32,000 bases of DNA from positions 3,150,001 through 3,182,000 of the forward strand of contig CP060262.1 in NCBI GenBank assembly GCA_022646745.1, given 5' to 3'. Position 1 is the stretch's first letter; every line of letters begins with the position of its first letter. Made by a program: the position numbers and the translations under genes. Below are positions 12,894-22,561 of the stretch, piece after piece. This DNA comes from Planctomycetales bacterium. Its GTDB lineage: Bacteria > 4484-113 > JAFGCY01. The notes beneath the pieces were generated by a model. That model was not told the DNA's origin. It saw nothing but the letters and a program-made list of their open reading frames with translations, and made no database searches.

Positions 12894-14138
12894 GTGGGGA
12901 CTCCAAGACTGCTGAAGATTGCGATTTTCATTGCGCTGCTAATAGCCACTGGAATATTGCTGCGTCACCTTGTTTATGGCAGGGTTATCTGGTCCAAGAA
13001 ATACACTCATCGAATAGAGGCAACTGCTACTGACGGGCAGGTGTTCTATGTGCTTTCCGGGCGCGGCACATTTGGCAATGGTGAAATCATAGAATGCTTT
13101 GACATTGATGGCAAACCACAGTGGAAGCACGATCTGACAGCATTGCTGAAGGTGTTTACTGCTTCGTTTGACAACATGCTTGTGAGCGATGGCAAACTCT
13201 ATGTGGCTGGCGGAGGCGAAAGCAGGATCCTGCAAGTTGACCAGTCAGGGATAGTTGCGCAGGCTCAGGTTCCAGATGGCATCTGGAAAATGCTGGATAC
13301 AGGCAGTGGTGAAATCTATGCCGTGACTCCATACAAGAACAGCCCCGGCATGTGGTCAGGAGCGATCGCCTTTGACAGCAATCTGAAGGAACTGCGACGG
13401 TTGCCGTTTGATGGTCAATTCATGGCCATGGATGCCGGAGATGATGGTTCACTGGCTTACATCGAACTTGTGCTTGGAGCCAACATGAGCCAAACCTATG
13501 ACGACCACCAGCAACTGAAGTACATGGACCGTGATGGGAATGTGATTTTTGTCTATCCGGGAGACTTCAATGGATTTGGTAACAAGGTATTCGTGGAGCG
13601 TGAATACGTGGCCGCAATCGGATCTGATGGACTGCACATACTTGATAAGCAGGGACGCTTGCTTTTCAAGAGTGCGGAGAGCACTGATGACCTGGCCAGT
13701 GGCAGGACGGAAAGTGAAGTGTTTTGCGCAGCGAACCGGGACCAGCTCGGATGCATTATCGGATGGGACAGCTCAGGCAATAAGCTCTGGGAAAAATCAA
13801 CTGAGTCTGATTACTTCTCCTGGATGGGTACCTTTGGCAATTACCTGCTGTGCTCTGAGGTGGACATAGAGGGGCATACCCTGCAATCCTGGATGGCCCT
13901 TCCGGATGAGGTCAAGAAGGCCGACAATATTGCAAAGCCTGGAGCAAAGGGTGACATCAAGCGGATCTACCACCTCGTTTGCAGGGATCAAAATGGCAAC
14001 GTCCTCTGGCAGGCAAACCAGGCTGGTAAGGTTTATGGATCGAACAACCTGGCTATCGGTCCCGATCGGGTGTTGCTGACGGAACTTGGAGAGATTACCG
14101 GAGAAAAGGCACGACTGAATCTTGTTAGGCTTGACTAA
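12894..14138 (+). CDS. Membrane-anchored PQQ-like / BamB-like beta-propeller repeat protein, low G+C
   Basis: GTG start. N-terminal TM helix is LLKIAIFIALLIATGILL. D-x-x-G-x-x-x-W/F blades recur: DIDGKPQWKH, DRDGNVIFVY, DKQGRLLFKS, DSSGNKLWEK, DQNGNVLWQA. Sampled 60-nt blocks give 45-48% G+C. Confidence 0.55.
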   Translation: MGTPRLLKIAIFIALLIATGILLRHLVYGRVIWSKKYTHRIEATATDGQVFYVLSGRGTFGNGEIIECFDIDGKPQWKHDLTALLKVFTASFDNMLVSDGKLYVAGGGESRILQVDQSGIVAQAQVPDGIWKMLDTGSGEIYAVTPYKNSPGMWSGAIAFDSNLKELRRLPFDGQFMAMDAGDDGSLAYIELVLGANMSQTYDDHQQLKYMDRDGNVIFVYPGDFNGFGNKVFVEREYVAAIGSDGLHILDKQGRLLFKSAESTDDLASGRTESEVFCAANRDQLGCIIGWDSSGNKLWEKSTESDYFSWMGTFGNYLLCSEVDIEGHTLQSWMALPDEVKKADNIAKPGAKGDIKRIYHLVCRDQNGNVLWQANQAGKVYGSNNLAIGPDRVLLTELGEITGEKARLNLVRLD

Positions 14139-14157
14139 GCTAGATCCGGCCTTGTGA

Positions 14158-14628
14158 TCATCCCCTCGGTGGCAATCCGCGACGCTTCCGGATGTAGTCG
14201 GCGAGCCGATCAGTGTAAGGCTTCAGCCAGAATCCGAACAACACAAGCAGGACAGTGGCAATCGCCGGAACATAGTAGCTTGCCCCGATGGCAATCCCGA
14301 CCGCACTCATCACCCAGATCGTGGCAGCCGTTGTCACTCCCTCCACATGCCGACCCTCGCGCAGGATGGATCCAGCGCCGAGGAAGCCGATACCGGTCAT
14401 TACTGCAGCTGCTATGCGGGTGGGGTCCCCTCCTCCGCCAAACTGCTGGACTGCCAGGCTGAGCTGGCACAGCAGGGTTCCAGCGAGGGTCACGAGCCCC
14501 ATGGTGGTAATGCCGGCTGGTTTGTCATGTACCTCACGCTCCAGGCCCACGAGGAAGCCGAGCACTACGGCCAGCACCAGTTGGCCGATCTGCGGGAGGT
14601 ATTCTCCAAGCGCTTGCATCAGGTGCAT
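14158..14628 (-). CDS. mgtC: MgtC/SapB family membrane protein
   Basis: The signature is LVGLEREVHDKPAGITTMGLVTLAGTLL, with 4-5 hydrophobic helices in 156 aa. Confidence 0.8.
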   Translation of the reverse strand: MHLMQALGEYLPQIGQLVLAVVLGFLVGLEREVHDKPAGITTMGLVTLAGTLLCQLSLAVQQFGGGGDPTRIAAAVMTGIGFLGAGSILREGRHVEGVTTAATIWVMSAVGIAIGASYYVPAIATVLLVLFGFWLKPYTDRLADYIRKRRGLPPRG

Positions 14629-14680
14629 TGTAGCCCTTTGTTGTCCCCGTTACAGGATGTTCATCCCCTAAAATACAGGT

Positions 14681-16102
14681 TTGCCCAGCAATCCCTCCAC
14701 ACAGGACCTGACCCAGGGCAGCGTCGGGCGGCACATCATGAACCTCGCCGTGCCTGGTATGCTGACCAACCTGATGACGTTCAGCACGACGCTCGTGGAC
14801 ATGATGTGGGTCGGGCGGATCAGCCCTGAAGCGATAGCGGCGATCACCACGCACCAGTACATCTGGTTCCTGTTCAGCATCCTCAACCAGATGATCGGCC
14901 AGGGCAGTGTCACGCTGATAGCCCGCAGCTACGGCAGCGGGGACAGGCGCCGTAGTGCCGAAGTGCTCGGAGAGACCTTCTTCTTCAAGCTGGTTGTGGC
15001 ATTTATCGTGATGGGAATCGGCCTGCTGACCATGGCGCCTGCCTACCGGCTGTTTGGCATCACAGACGAAACCGTCTTCAGGTACGGCATGCAATACAGC
15101 GGGATCATGTTCCTCGCGACCCCGCTGCTGTTCAGTACCTTCACCCTGAAGACAGGCTTCCGTGCGGTCGGCGCCGCCACCCAGCTGTTCTGGGTCAGCG
15201 CGATGACGATGATGATAAACCTGGTGCTGGATCCATTCCTGATCTTCGAACGGATTGACTTCACCGTGCCGATTGTCAATTACCATTTCCAGTCAGCGGG
15301 CATCGGCCTTGAAGTGGCAGGCGCTGCATATGCCAGCGTGCTGGCTTTTGCGATCACCTTCGTGACGACACTGTTCCTGTTTCTCACCGGACGCACCTTC
15401 ATCAAGCTCAGTGTCCGCGACCTGTTCAGCCCGAGCATGGATACTGCAAGGAAAATCCTGAAGATCGGCCTGCCTCCTGCTGCCGGCAACTCACTGGAGC
15501 ACTTTTCCAATGTGCTGATCGGGTCCGCGGTGAATACCTACGGAACGACGGTCTACGCCGCGCAGGGTGTCAACAACATGCTTCAGCGCCTGATCCAGTT
15601 CAGCATCATGGGCTTTAGCTGGTCCACGATCACAATGGTCGGACAGAACCTTGGTGCCTCAGAGGTGCAGCGTGCGGAGAAGAGTGTCAACCGCAGTGCG
15701 GCGATCATTGCCGGGGTGTTGTTCCTTGTGGCGGTTCTGTTCTACTTCGCTGCTCCTGGCATCGCAGCGCTGTTCATGCCGGTGAGGGACGATGCGTCGC
15801 GCGAGACGGTGGAGTGGATCATCCGGATCCTGCGGGTCAACTGCTTCCTCTACCTGCCGCTCGGGCTTAACCGTGTGTACCGTGCTGTGTTCGAGGGCAG
15901 CGGAGATACACGTCCCGTGTTTTGGTCCAGTGCAGCCACGACTTGGGGACTGCAGATCCCGCTGATCATGACAGGTGTATACATCATGCGCATCGGCGAG
16001 CCCTACTTCATCTGGTGGATCATGGTTGCAGGCAATGCTGCAGCCGCTGTCATCCTGTACGTGATGTTCCGGCGCGGAGCCTGGAAGCACCACACTGTAT
16101 AG
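14681..16102 (+). CDS. MATE family efflux transporter
   Basis: The N-terminus DLTQGSVGRHIMNLAVPGMLTNLMTFSTTLVDMMWVGRISPEAIAAIT is typical of MATE/NorM, with ~12 TM segments. Only a TTG start (14681) is available upstream of the conserved N-terminus, because an in-frame TAA sits at 14669. Confidence 0.85.
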   Translation: MPSNPSTQDLTQGSVGRHIMNLAVPGMLTNLMTFSTTLVDMMWVGRISPEAIAAITTHQYIWFLFSILNQMIGQGSVTLIARSYGSGDRRRSAEVLGETFFFKLVVAFIVMGIGLLTMAPAYRLFGITDETVFRYGMQYSGIMFLATPLLFSTFTLKTGFRAVGAATQLFWVSAMTMMINLVLDPFLIFERIDFTVPIVNYHFQSAGIGLEVAGAAYASVLAFAITFVTTLFLFLTGRTFIKLSVRDLFSPSMDTARKILKIGLPPAAGNSLEHFSNVLIGSAVNTYGTTVYAAQGVNNMLQRLIQFSIMGFSWSTITMVGQNLGASEVQRAEKSVNRSAAIIAGVLFLVAVLFYFAAPGIAALFMPVRDDASRETVEWIIRILRVNCFLYLPLGLNRVYRAVFEGSGDTRPVFWSSAATTWGLQIPLIMTGVYIMRIGEPYFIWWIMVAGNAAAAVILYVMFRRGAWKHHTV

Positions 16103-16152
16103 GTTGCCAGATGCAGGGCTGGCAATTGCGGCCCGCAGCTGAGAAAAGGAAA

Positions 16153-16172
16153 GAGCCGGGAAATCCCGGCTC
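16153..16172. terminator. Bidirectional intrinsic terminator between the MATE gene (+) and fusA (-)
   Basis: GAGCCGGG-aaat-CCCGGCTC forms an 8-bp stem. It is flanked by CTTTGTG on the plus strand and by TTTCCTTTTCTC on the minus strand. Confidence 0.6.
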
Positions 16173-16218
16173 CTTTGTGATCCAGTTGTGTTGTCAGAAT
16201 AAATTCCGACTTTCCAGT

Positions 16219-18321
16219 CTAGCCCTTGGCGACAGCGCCTCCGCTCTTGCGGATGATCTCATCTGAGATGCTGCGCGGGACCTCGACATAGTTGTCAAAC
16301 TCCATCGTGTAGGTCGCACGGCCCTGGGTCTTGTTACGCAGGTCAGTGGAGAAGCCGAACATCTCAGCCATCGGCACCTTGGCGCTGATTGTCTGGAAGC
16401 CCTCCTCACCGGTGTTGATGTCCTCAACCTGCCCACGACGGCCGTTGATGTCACCGTTCACGTTACCGGCGTACTCCTCAGGAGTCGTGATCACGACCTT
16501 CATTGCGGGCTCAAGGATGACCGGCTGGCTCTTGCGCATGGCCTCCTTCATCGCGAGGCTGCCAGCGGCCTTGAACGCCATTTCGCTGGAGTCCACTTCG
16601 TGGAAGGATCCACCGGTCAGGTGCACTTCCACGCCGAGGACGGGGTAACCGGCGAGGATGCCGCCACGCAGCGCTTCCTCACAGCCCTTCTCAATGCTCG
16701 GAATGTACTGCTTCGGAATGTCACCACCGCTGATCTCATTGATGAACATGAAGGTCTTGCCTTCACTGTGCTCCATGTCAAGCGGGTTGACATTGATGAT
16801 GGCATGGCCGTACTGGCCCTTACCACCTGTCTGCTTGGCAAGCTTGCCGTGCACCTGGTCAGCGCTGCCACGGATCGTCTCACGGTAGGCGACCTGCGGC
16901 TTGCCGACATTGGCTTCGACCTTGTACTCACGCATCAGGCGATCAACGATGATCTCAAGGTGCAGCTCACCCATGCCGGAGATGATCACCTGGCCGGTCT
17001 CCTCGTTGTAGCTGTAGCGGAAGGTGGGATCCTCCTCGGCCAGCTTGAGCAGTCCGTCGGTCATTTTCTCGTTGTCCTGCTTGGTCTTGGGCTCAATGGC
17101 AACGTCCATCACCGTCTCGGGGATGTGGATGGACTCAAGCAGGATCTGGCTGTCCTTGAAGGTCAGCGTGTCGCCGGTGGTGGCGGTCTTGAGGCCGATC
17201 ACAGCCACGATGTCGCCAGCCTGGCAGGAATCGATCTCCTCGCGGGAGTTGGCATGCATGCGGATCAGGCGGCTGACTCGCTCTCCCTTGCCCTTGCCGA
17301 CGTTGTAGATTGAGTCGCCCTTGTTCAGCTTACCGGAGTAGATACGGCAATAGGTCAGGCGGCCGACATGGGGGTCAGTTGCAATCTTGAATGCCAGAGC
17401 GCTGAAGGGTGCATTGACATCGCTCGGACGGACGTCCTCCTCCTCCGTGCCGGGGATGGTGCCCTTGATAGCGGGCACGTCGACCGGACTCGGCATGTAG
17501 CGGGTCACGGCATCCAGCAGGTTCTGCACGCCCTTGTTCTTGAACGCGGTACCGCAGAACACGGGGATCAGGCCGTCGTTAACAACGGCGCGGCGTAGGG
17601 CGGCCTTGAGCTCGTCCTCACTGATGTGCTCCTCGTCCTCGAGGTACTTCTCCATCAGCTCGTCGTCAGTTTCGACGATGGCCTCGATCAGCTCATGGCG
17701 CATGAGCTTGTACTGGTCCATGTACTCTTCGGGGACTTCCTTGATCACGGGATCAAGGCCGGTGGACTCGTCGTAGAAGTAAGCCTGGCCCTCAAGCAGG
17801 TTGATCACGCCCTGGAAGCCACCCTCAGCACCGATCGGGAGCTGGGCGGCCACGGCGCGGGCCATCAGGCGGCTACGCATCTTGGAGATCACGTTGTAGA
17901 AATCGGCGCCGGTGCGGTCCATCTTGTTGACGAAGGCGATGCGCGGCACGCGGTAACGGTTGGCCTGGCGCCAGACAGTCTCTGACTGGGGCTGGACGGC
18001 ACCGACGGCGCAAAGGACGAAGACCAGGCCATCAAGCACGCGCAGGGAACGCTCGACCTCAATCGTGAAGTCGACGTGGCCGGGGGTGTCGATGATGTTG
18101 ATGGTCTTGCCATCCCATTCGCAGGTGGTGGCAGCGGAGGTGATGGTGATACCACGCTCCTTCTCCTGCTCCATCCAGTCCATGGTGGCGCTGCCCTCAT
18201 GGACCTCGCCGACCTTGTGCGAACGGCCTGTATAGAACAGGATGCGTTCAGTCAGCGTGGTCTTGCCCGCGTCAATATGCGCGGCAATGCCGATATTTCT
18301 AATCTTGCTCAGGTCCGACAT
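16219..18321 (-). CDS. fusA: Translation elongation factor G
   Basis: The N-terminus is [26 protein letters not shown], followed by DTPGHVDF and NKMDR G-motifs. It is 700 aa and lies directly downstream of rpsG. Confidence 0.97.
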   Translation of the reverse strand: MSDLSKIRNIGIAAHIDAGKTTLTERILFYTGRSHKVGEVHEGSATMDWMEQEKERGITITSAATTCEWDGKTINIIDTPGHVDFTIEVERSLRVLDGLVFVLCAVGAVQPQSETVWRQANRYRVPRIAFVNKMDRTGADFYNVISKMRSRLMARAVAAQLPIGAEGGFQGVINLLEGQAYFYDESTGLDPVIKEVPEEYMDQYKLMRHELIEAIVETDDELMEKYLEDEEHISEDELKAALRRAVVNDGLIPVFCGTAFKNKGVQNLLDAVTRYMPSPVDVPAIKGTIPGTEEEDVRPSDVNAPFSALAFKIATDPHVGRLTYCRIYSGKLNKGDSIYNVGKGKGERVSRLIRMHANSREEIDSCQAGDIVAVIGLKTATTGDTLTFKDSQILLESIHIPETVMDVAIEPKTKQDNEKMTDGLLKLAEEDPTFRYSYNEETGQVIISGMGELHLEIIVDRLMREYKVEANVGKPQVAYRETIRGSADQVHGKLAKQTGGKGQYGHAIINVNPLDMEHSEGKTFMFINEISGGDIPKQYIPSIEKGCEEALRGGILAGYPVLGVEVHLTGGSFHEVDSSEMAFKAAGSLAMKEAMRKSQPVILEPAMKVVITTPEEYAGNVNGDINGRRGQVEDINTGEEGFQTISAKVPMAEMFGFSTDLRNKTQGRATYTMEFDNYVEVPRSISDEIIRKSGGAVAKG

Positions 18322-18407
18322 GGATTGTTCCTCGGAGAGATATCCAGAGTCTAAGTTATACCGAAATTCCTACAGGTTAATCTGTGCTGCTGGTGTGTTT
18401 TGCGGAT

Positions 18408-18881
18408 TTACCACTTGAAGCTGGCGAAAGCCTTGTTCGACTCAGCCATCTTGTGGGTGTCATCACGCTTCTTCACGCTGGCACCGGTGCCGTTGGCGGC
18501 ATCGATCAGCTCAGCGGCAAGCTTCTGGGCAAAGCCCTTGCCACTGCGGGAGCGGGCAGCTGTGATCATCCAGCGCATGCCGAGGGCGTAACGCTCCTCA
18601 GGACGCACTTCAACGGGGACCTGGTAGGTTGAACCACCGACGCGACGGCTCTTGGTCTTGATGGTCGGCAGGACGTTTTGCATGGCCTTCTCAAAGATCT
18701 TGATAGGCTCCTGCTTGGTACGCTGTTCCACAAGCATCAGTGCAGAATAGAACAGCTTCTGCGCGGTGCTCTTCTTGCCACAGCGCATGATGTTGTTGAT
18801 AAACTTGCTAACAAGAGTTGAGTTGTAAACCGGATCCGGCTCCGGGGTACGCTTAATAACCTTACGGCTGTCACGGGGCAT
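18408..18881 (-). CDS. rpsG: 30S ribosomal protein S7
   Basis: MPRDSRKVIKRTPEPDPVYNSTLVSKFINNIMRCGKKSTAQKLFY... and the C-terminal HKMAESNKAFASFKW are canonical S7. Confidence 0.97.
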   Translation of the reverse strand: MPRDSRKVIKRTPEPDPVYNSTLVSKFINNIMRCGKKSTAQKLFYSALMLVEQRTKQEPIKIFEKAMQNVLPTIKTKSRRVGGSTYQVPVEVRPEERYALGMRWMITAARSRSGKGFAQKLAAELIDAANGTGASVKKRDDTHKMAESNKAFASFKW

Positions 18882-18894
18882 TTCTTCTCAACTC

Positions 18895-19266
18895 CTACTT
18901 GGGCTTCTTGGTGCCGTACTTACTGCGGCCCTGGCGGCGGTCAGCCGTACCTGCGGCATCAAGCGTACCGCGAACGATGTGGTAGCGCACACCCGGAAGA
19001 TCCGGAACACGTCCACCACGGATGAGGACCACACTGTGCTCGGCCAGGTTGTGGCCGATACCGGGAATGTATGCCGTGACTTCATAACCACTGGTCAGCT
19101 TCACACGGGCCACCTTACGCAGGGCCGAGTTCGGCTTCTTCGGCGTGACGGTCCACACACGGGTGCACACGCCACGGCGCTGCGGACAGGCCTTGAGCGC
19201 AGGGCTCTTGCTCTTCTTCTTGATGACCTTGCGGCCATTGCGAACCAGCTGATTAATCGTCGGCAT
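18895..19266 (-). CDS. rpsL: 30S ribosomal protein S12
   Basis: [13 protein letters not shown]...[17 protein letters not shown]...[18 protein letters not shown] chose the start at 19266, with GAGGA SD upstream; the track start at 19290 is an upstream extension. Confidence 0.97.
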   Translation of the reverse strand: MPTINQLVRNGRKVIKKKSKSPALKACPQRRGVCTRVWTVTPKKPNSALRKVARVKLTSGYEVTAYIPGIGHNLAEHSVVLIRGGRVPDLPGVRYHIVRGTLDAAGTADRRQGRSKYGTKKPK

Positions 19267-19326
19267 AAATTGAAATCCTCGGATGCGCAAACGCGCAACT
19301 GCACGCGCTGCGATAACAGACCGCAG

Positions 19327-19355
19327 ACTTTAGCACAATTCAGGGCTTACTGCAA
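19327..19355 (-). promoter_or_regulatory. Candidate sigma-70 promoter of the rpsL-rpsG-fusA operon
   Basis: The minus strand reads TTGCAG-N17-TAAAGT, with TG two nt upstream of the -10 (extended -10, TGcTAAAGT). The -10 hexamer ends ~60 nt upstream of the rpsL ATG (predicted leader ~54 nt). Confidence 0.5.
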
Positions 19356-19392
19356 GATTCATGCGGGCAAACAGGGGGGATTTTGGGATAGA

Positions 19393-21546
19393 TCAATGGA
19401 AACTGACCTTGTTGCGCTCATACTCGGGATAGCTGACGCGCTGGTGCCGCTGGGCGGACATAAGGGCCACGAAAATCTCGCGAATCTTCTCTAGATCGCC
19501 AAGGGTCAGGCCGCTGTCCACGAGCTGCTTTTCCTCAATCTTCTGAGTGATTACGCTGTTGATGATCGCGGTCACTTCCTCAATCTCATGAGTTCCGCGC
19601 GCGCGGATCACTGCCTCTGTCACATCGGCAAGCATCAGTACCCCAGACTCACGGCTCTGGGGCACAGGACCGTCATACCTGAACTTGCGCTCATCCGGCT
19701 CGGGGAATTTCTCCGGGTCCTGTTCATGGGCCTTCTGCGCCTTGTCATAAAAGTAGCGAATCAGGTAGGTACCATGATGCTCGCGGATGAAGGGCAGCAG
19801 GCGGCCTGGCAGGCGGGCATCCTCGGCAAGGGCCAGGCCGTCCGTGACATGGTCCTTGATGATACGGGCACTTGTTTCTGCAGGCAGGCCCTCATGCGGG
19901 TTCTTGGTCAGGTCAGTGATGTTCTCCGCAAAGAATCCGCTGCGCTTTGTCTTGCCGATGTCGTGGTAGAGGGCACCGACCTTGGCCAGCAGGTCATCTG
20001 CTCCGATAGCCTTGCAGGCTTCCTCTGTCAGTTCGGCAACCATCTGGCTGTGCATCCAGGTTCCGGGAGCTTCATGCTTGAGGCGTTTAAGCAGCTCATT
20101 TTCCTGGTTGGCCAGCTCGAACAGCTTGGTTGGAGTCACCTGAGAGTTGAACAGCTCAACCAGCGGCAGCAGGCCAAAGGCGAAGAATGCCGCCAGCACG
20201 CCGGACAGGAAAGCAATTGGATAAATTGGCCACTGCTGTGTCTCCACCGTGATGGCAATCACCAGCAAAGCGAGCAGGGCGTTCAGTATGCCAAGCAGGA
20301 AGGCAAAGGCCACCTGTGTCTGGCGCTTGCAGTCAGCGGACAGCACAACGGACGGCAGGATGCTGCCACATAATGTGTAAAGCAGCAGGTTGCCCTCGAA
20401 GTTCAGGCCCATGCTGAGCAATGCCGCCATCACTATCCCGAGGTACACCGAAAGGTGATTGTCAAATGCCATCACGATCACCGCCGCCAGCGCACTGGCA
20501 GCAAAGGTCACGCCGTAATAGAAGTAGTTGAACGGCAGCCGGCCGATCACCAGGCCGATCAGCAGGAAGATCACGAACAGTCCGGCGATCTGGATCAATA
20601 CACTCGTGTCAGCGTAGATCTGCATGTTCTGCCGGCTGAGGTAGGCATGCCAGATCAGCAGGCCGATCAGCAGGAACAGTCCGATGCCGGCAAGGGTCCG
20701 CAGGCGCTGTTCAACCAGGTGGGACTTGATCGTGTCAAGCTGGTCCTTGATATCCTGCGTGACAACCTGTCCCTCGGCCACGATCACACTGCCCTTGTGG
20801 ATGGTCTTCATTGCCATTTCCCGGTCTTCCGTACTGAGTGGCTCGCGCTCATACGGCAGGAAATTGGCCCTCAGGAAGTAGTTGTAGACCTCCTGCGGTG
20901 AGGTGCCGATCATTGAACTGACCACTCCCTGGGTCAGGGTGCGCAGCTTGGTCGGTGTGATCTCTTCCTTCATGCGGGTGTCGAGTAACTCGCGGGCAAA
21001 CACCAGGTTCCCGTTGAGGGTCTCGCGCTCCTGGCTGAGCAGCAGCTCGACAACCTTTGGATCCGTGATTTCATACTTGCGCGCCAGGCTACTGATCTGC
21101 AGGTCGATGTTCGGCTGTGTTTCAGTGGTATCCGAACCTGCCGGCATGCCTTCCCCGGCACTGTCCGCGGGAGAGCCGCCATCCTCCCCTGCCCCCATGG
21201 TTTCAGGGTGGACAATGGAGTAAAGCTCCCACAGCTCCACGACGAAATTGTCGTATTTGGCGAGTACGTTCTCCCGCACTTCCGGATACATCGCGGAACC
21301 CTGCATGTCCCCCTGGATCTCGCCCAACAGCGTGGTATCGGTATAGCTGAATTCAAGTGGGGCGTAGATCGTATATGGCAGGACGCTGCCGACCAGCACT
21401 GGTTTCGGGAACACGATCAGGTGCAGGTACATGATGCCCATCACGAACAGGTAGAACAGGGCTGCGACCACAAGTCGATGGGCGATGGTGGTACCACCGA
21501 TCACCTCATTGCGTATCCAGCTGCCCAGTTTGTTCTTTATCGCCAT
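19393..21546 (-). CDS. 7TM-receptor / HD-domain phosphohydrolase (YqfF/PgpH-like; PgpH is a c-di-AMP phosphodiesterase in Listeria)
   Basis: An N-terminal TM helix and extracellular domain are followed by a 7-helix block (aa ~290-470). The HD domain carries GALYHDIGKTKR and IREHHGT. It occupies the classic position after phoH. Confidence 0.85.
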   Translation of the reverse strand: MAIKNKLGSWIRNEVIGGTTIAHRLVVAALFYLFVMGIMYLHLIVFPKPVLVGSVLPYTIYAPLEFSYTDTTLLGEIQGDMQGSAMYPEVRENVLAKYDNFVVELWELYSIVHPETMGAGEDGGSPADSAGEGMPAGSDTTETQPNIDLQISSLARKYEITDPKVVELLLSQERETLNGNLVFARELLDTRMKEEITPTKLRTLTQGVVSSMIGTSPQEVYNYFLRANFLPYEREPLSTEDREMAMKTIHKGSVIVAEGQVVTQDIKDQLDTIKSHLVEQRLRTLAGIGLFLLIGLLIWHAYLSRQNMQIYADTSVLIQIAGLFVIFLLIGLVIGRLPFNYFYYGVTFAASALAAVIVMAFDNHLSVYLGIVMAALLSMGLNFEGNLLLYTLCGSILPSVVLSADCKRQTQVAFAFLLGILNALLALLVIAITVETQQWPIYPIAFLSGVLAAFFAFGLLPLVELFNSQVTPTKLFELANQENELLKRLKHEAPGTWMHSQMVAELTEEACKAIGADDLLAKVGALYHDIGKTKRSGFFAENITDLTKNPHEGLPAETSARIIKDHVTDGLALAEDARLPGRLLPFIREHHGTYLIRYFYDKAQKAHEQDPEKFPEPDERKFRYDGPVPQSRESGVLMLADVTEAVIRARGTHEIEEVTAIINSVITQKIEEKQLVDSGLTLGDLEKIREIFVALMSAQRHQRVSYPEYERNKVSFH

Positions 21547-22457
21547 CAGTCACCGACCCGGTCAGGCGGTGCGTCTCGCTGTTCATCCTGGTCATATGCC
21601 TCGACGATGCGCTGCACTATCGGATGGCGGACGACATCCTGCTTGTTCAATTCGCAGATACCGATTCCTGGACCGGATTGTTTCAGGATGCGCAGTGCGT
21701 GCCTGAAACCGCTGCGATTGACGTTCTCAAGGTCTGTCTGGGTTATATCACCAGTCACCACGATCCGGCTGCCCCGGCCCATGCGTGTCAGGAACATCTT
21801 CATCTGGCTGTAGGTGGTGTTCTGTGCCTCATCGAGAATGATGTAGCTGTTGTTGAGCGAACGGCCACGCATGAATGCCAACGGTGCGATTTCTATGATG
21901 TTGCGGTCCATCATGCGCTTGACGCGCTCAAACCTCAGTAAGTCATTCAGGGCATCAAACAGCGGAATCAGGTAGGGGTTGACTTTGTCCACCAGAGATC
22001 CGGGCAGGAAGCCGAGCTTCTCACCTGCTTCTACCGCCGGCCGGGTCAGCACGATGCGCCTGACCTTCTTGCGCCTGTAGTGATCGATGGCTGAGGCGAT
22101 GGCCAGGTATGTCTTGCCGGTACCGGCCGGACCATGGCAAAGCACTACTTCATTGTGCTCCAGGGCATCCAGGTAGGCGCGCTGGCCTTCTGTCTGGGGC
22201 CGGAATTCCGGCAGGTGCTGGAGGAAATTGCCGTCAACCGGCACTTCATCCGCAAAGTCCTCAATCTCGTCGTTGGATAGTTCGTGGTTGCCGGTTCTCA
22301 GGCTCTTCAGCATCTTGCGCAGGGTACGTTTGGCTGCCGTAACGTCACTGCCATTGCCGGCAATGAAGACATCCAGGCCCTTGGCGTAGATCTTTACATT
22401 GAACCTTCCGGTTATGGTTCGGAGATTACTGTCGAAATCCCCGAAGATTTCCTGCAT
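21546..22457 (-). CDS. phoH: PhoH-family ATPase
   Basis: Walker A is CHGPAGTGKTYLAIA and Walker B is YIILDEAQNTT, followed by GDITQTDL. The stop overlaps the downstream start (TGATG). Confidence 0.9.
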   Translation of the reverse strand: MQEIFGDFDSNLRTITGRFNVKIYAKGLDVFIAGNGSDVTAAKRTLRKMLKSLRTGNHELSNDEIEDFADEVPVDGNFLQHLPEFRPQTEGQRAYLDALEHNEVVLCHGPAGTGKTYLAIASAIDHYRRKKVRRIVLTRPAVEAGEKLGFLPGSLVDKVNPYLIPLFDALNDLLRFERVKRMMDRNIIEIAPLAFMRGRSLNNSYIILDEAQNTTYSQMKMFLTRMGRGSRIVVTGDITQTDLENVNRSGFRHALRILKQSGPGIGICELNKQDVVRHPIVQRIVEAYDQDEQRDAPPDRVGD

Positions 22458-22463
22458 CTCATC

Positions 22464-22475
22464 CTGAGATCTCAG
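22464..22475. repeat. Perfect 12-bp palindrome CTGAGATCTCAG overlapping the phoH ribosome-binding region
   Basis: Read directly from the sequence. It lies 7-18 nt upstream of the phoH ATG (22457). Confidence 0.6.
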
Positions 22476-22481
22476 TTGTAT

Positions 22482-22547
22482 GGACTCGGTGGTTAAAATG
22501 GCCGACCTCGACTCATGAAATAGTCAGCTAATTTTACCACCGAGTCC
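22482..22547. repeat. Long imperfect inverted repeat (17/18 bp arms, 31-nt spacer) between the CRTAC1-like gene and phoH
   Basis: The left arm is GGACTCGGTGGTTAAAAT (22482-22499). The right arm is ATTTTACCACCGAGTCC (22531-22547). They are complementary apart from a one-nucleotide bulge. Confidence 0.65.
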
Positions 22548-22561
22548 CGATTCACAATCGA

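Noticed and set aside
14629-14680. Mg2+ (M-box) riboswitch upstream of the MgtC-family gene
   Set aside because: The gap is 52 nt and is shared with the divergent MATE gene. This is far too short for the ~160-nt M-box.
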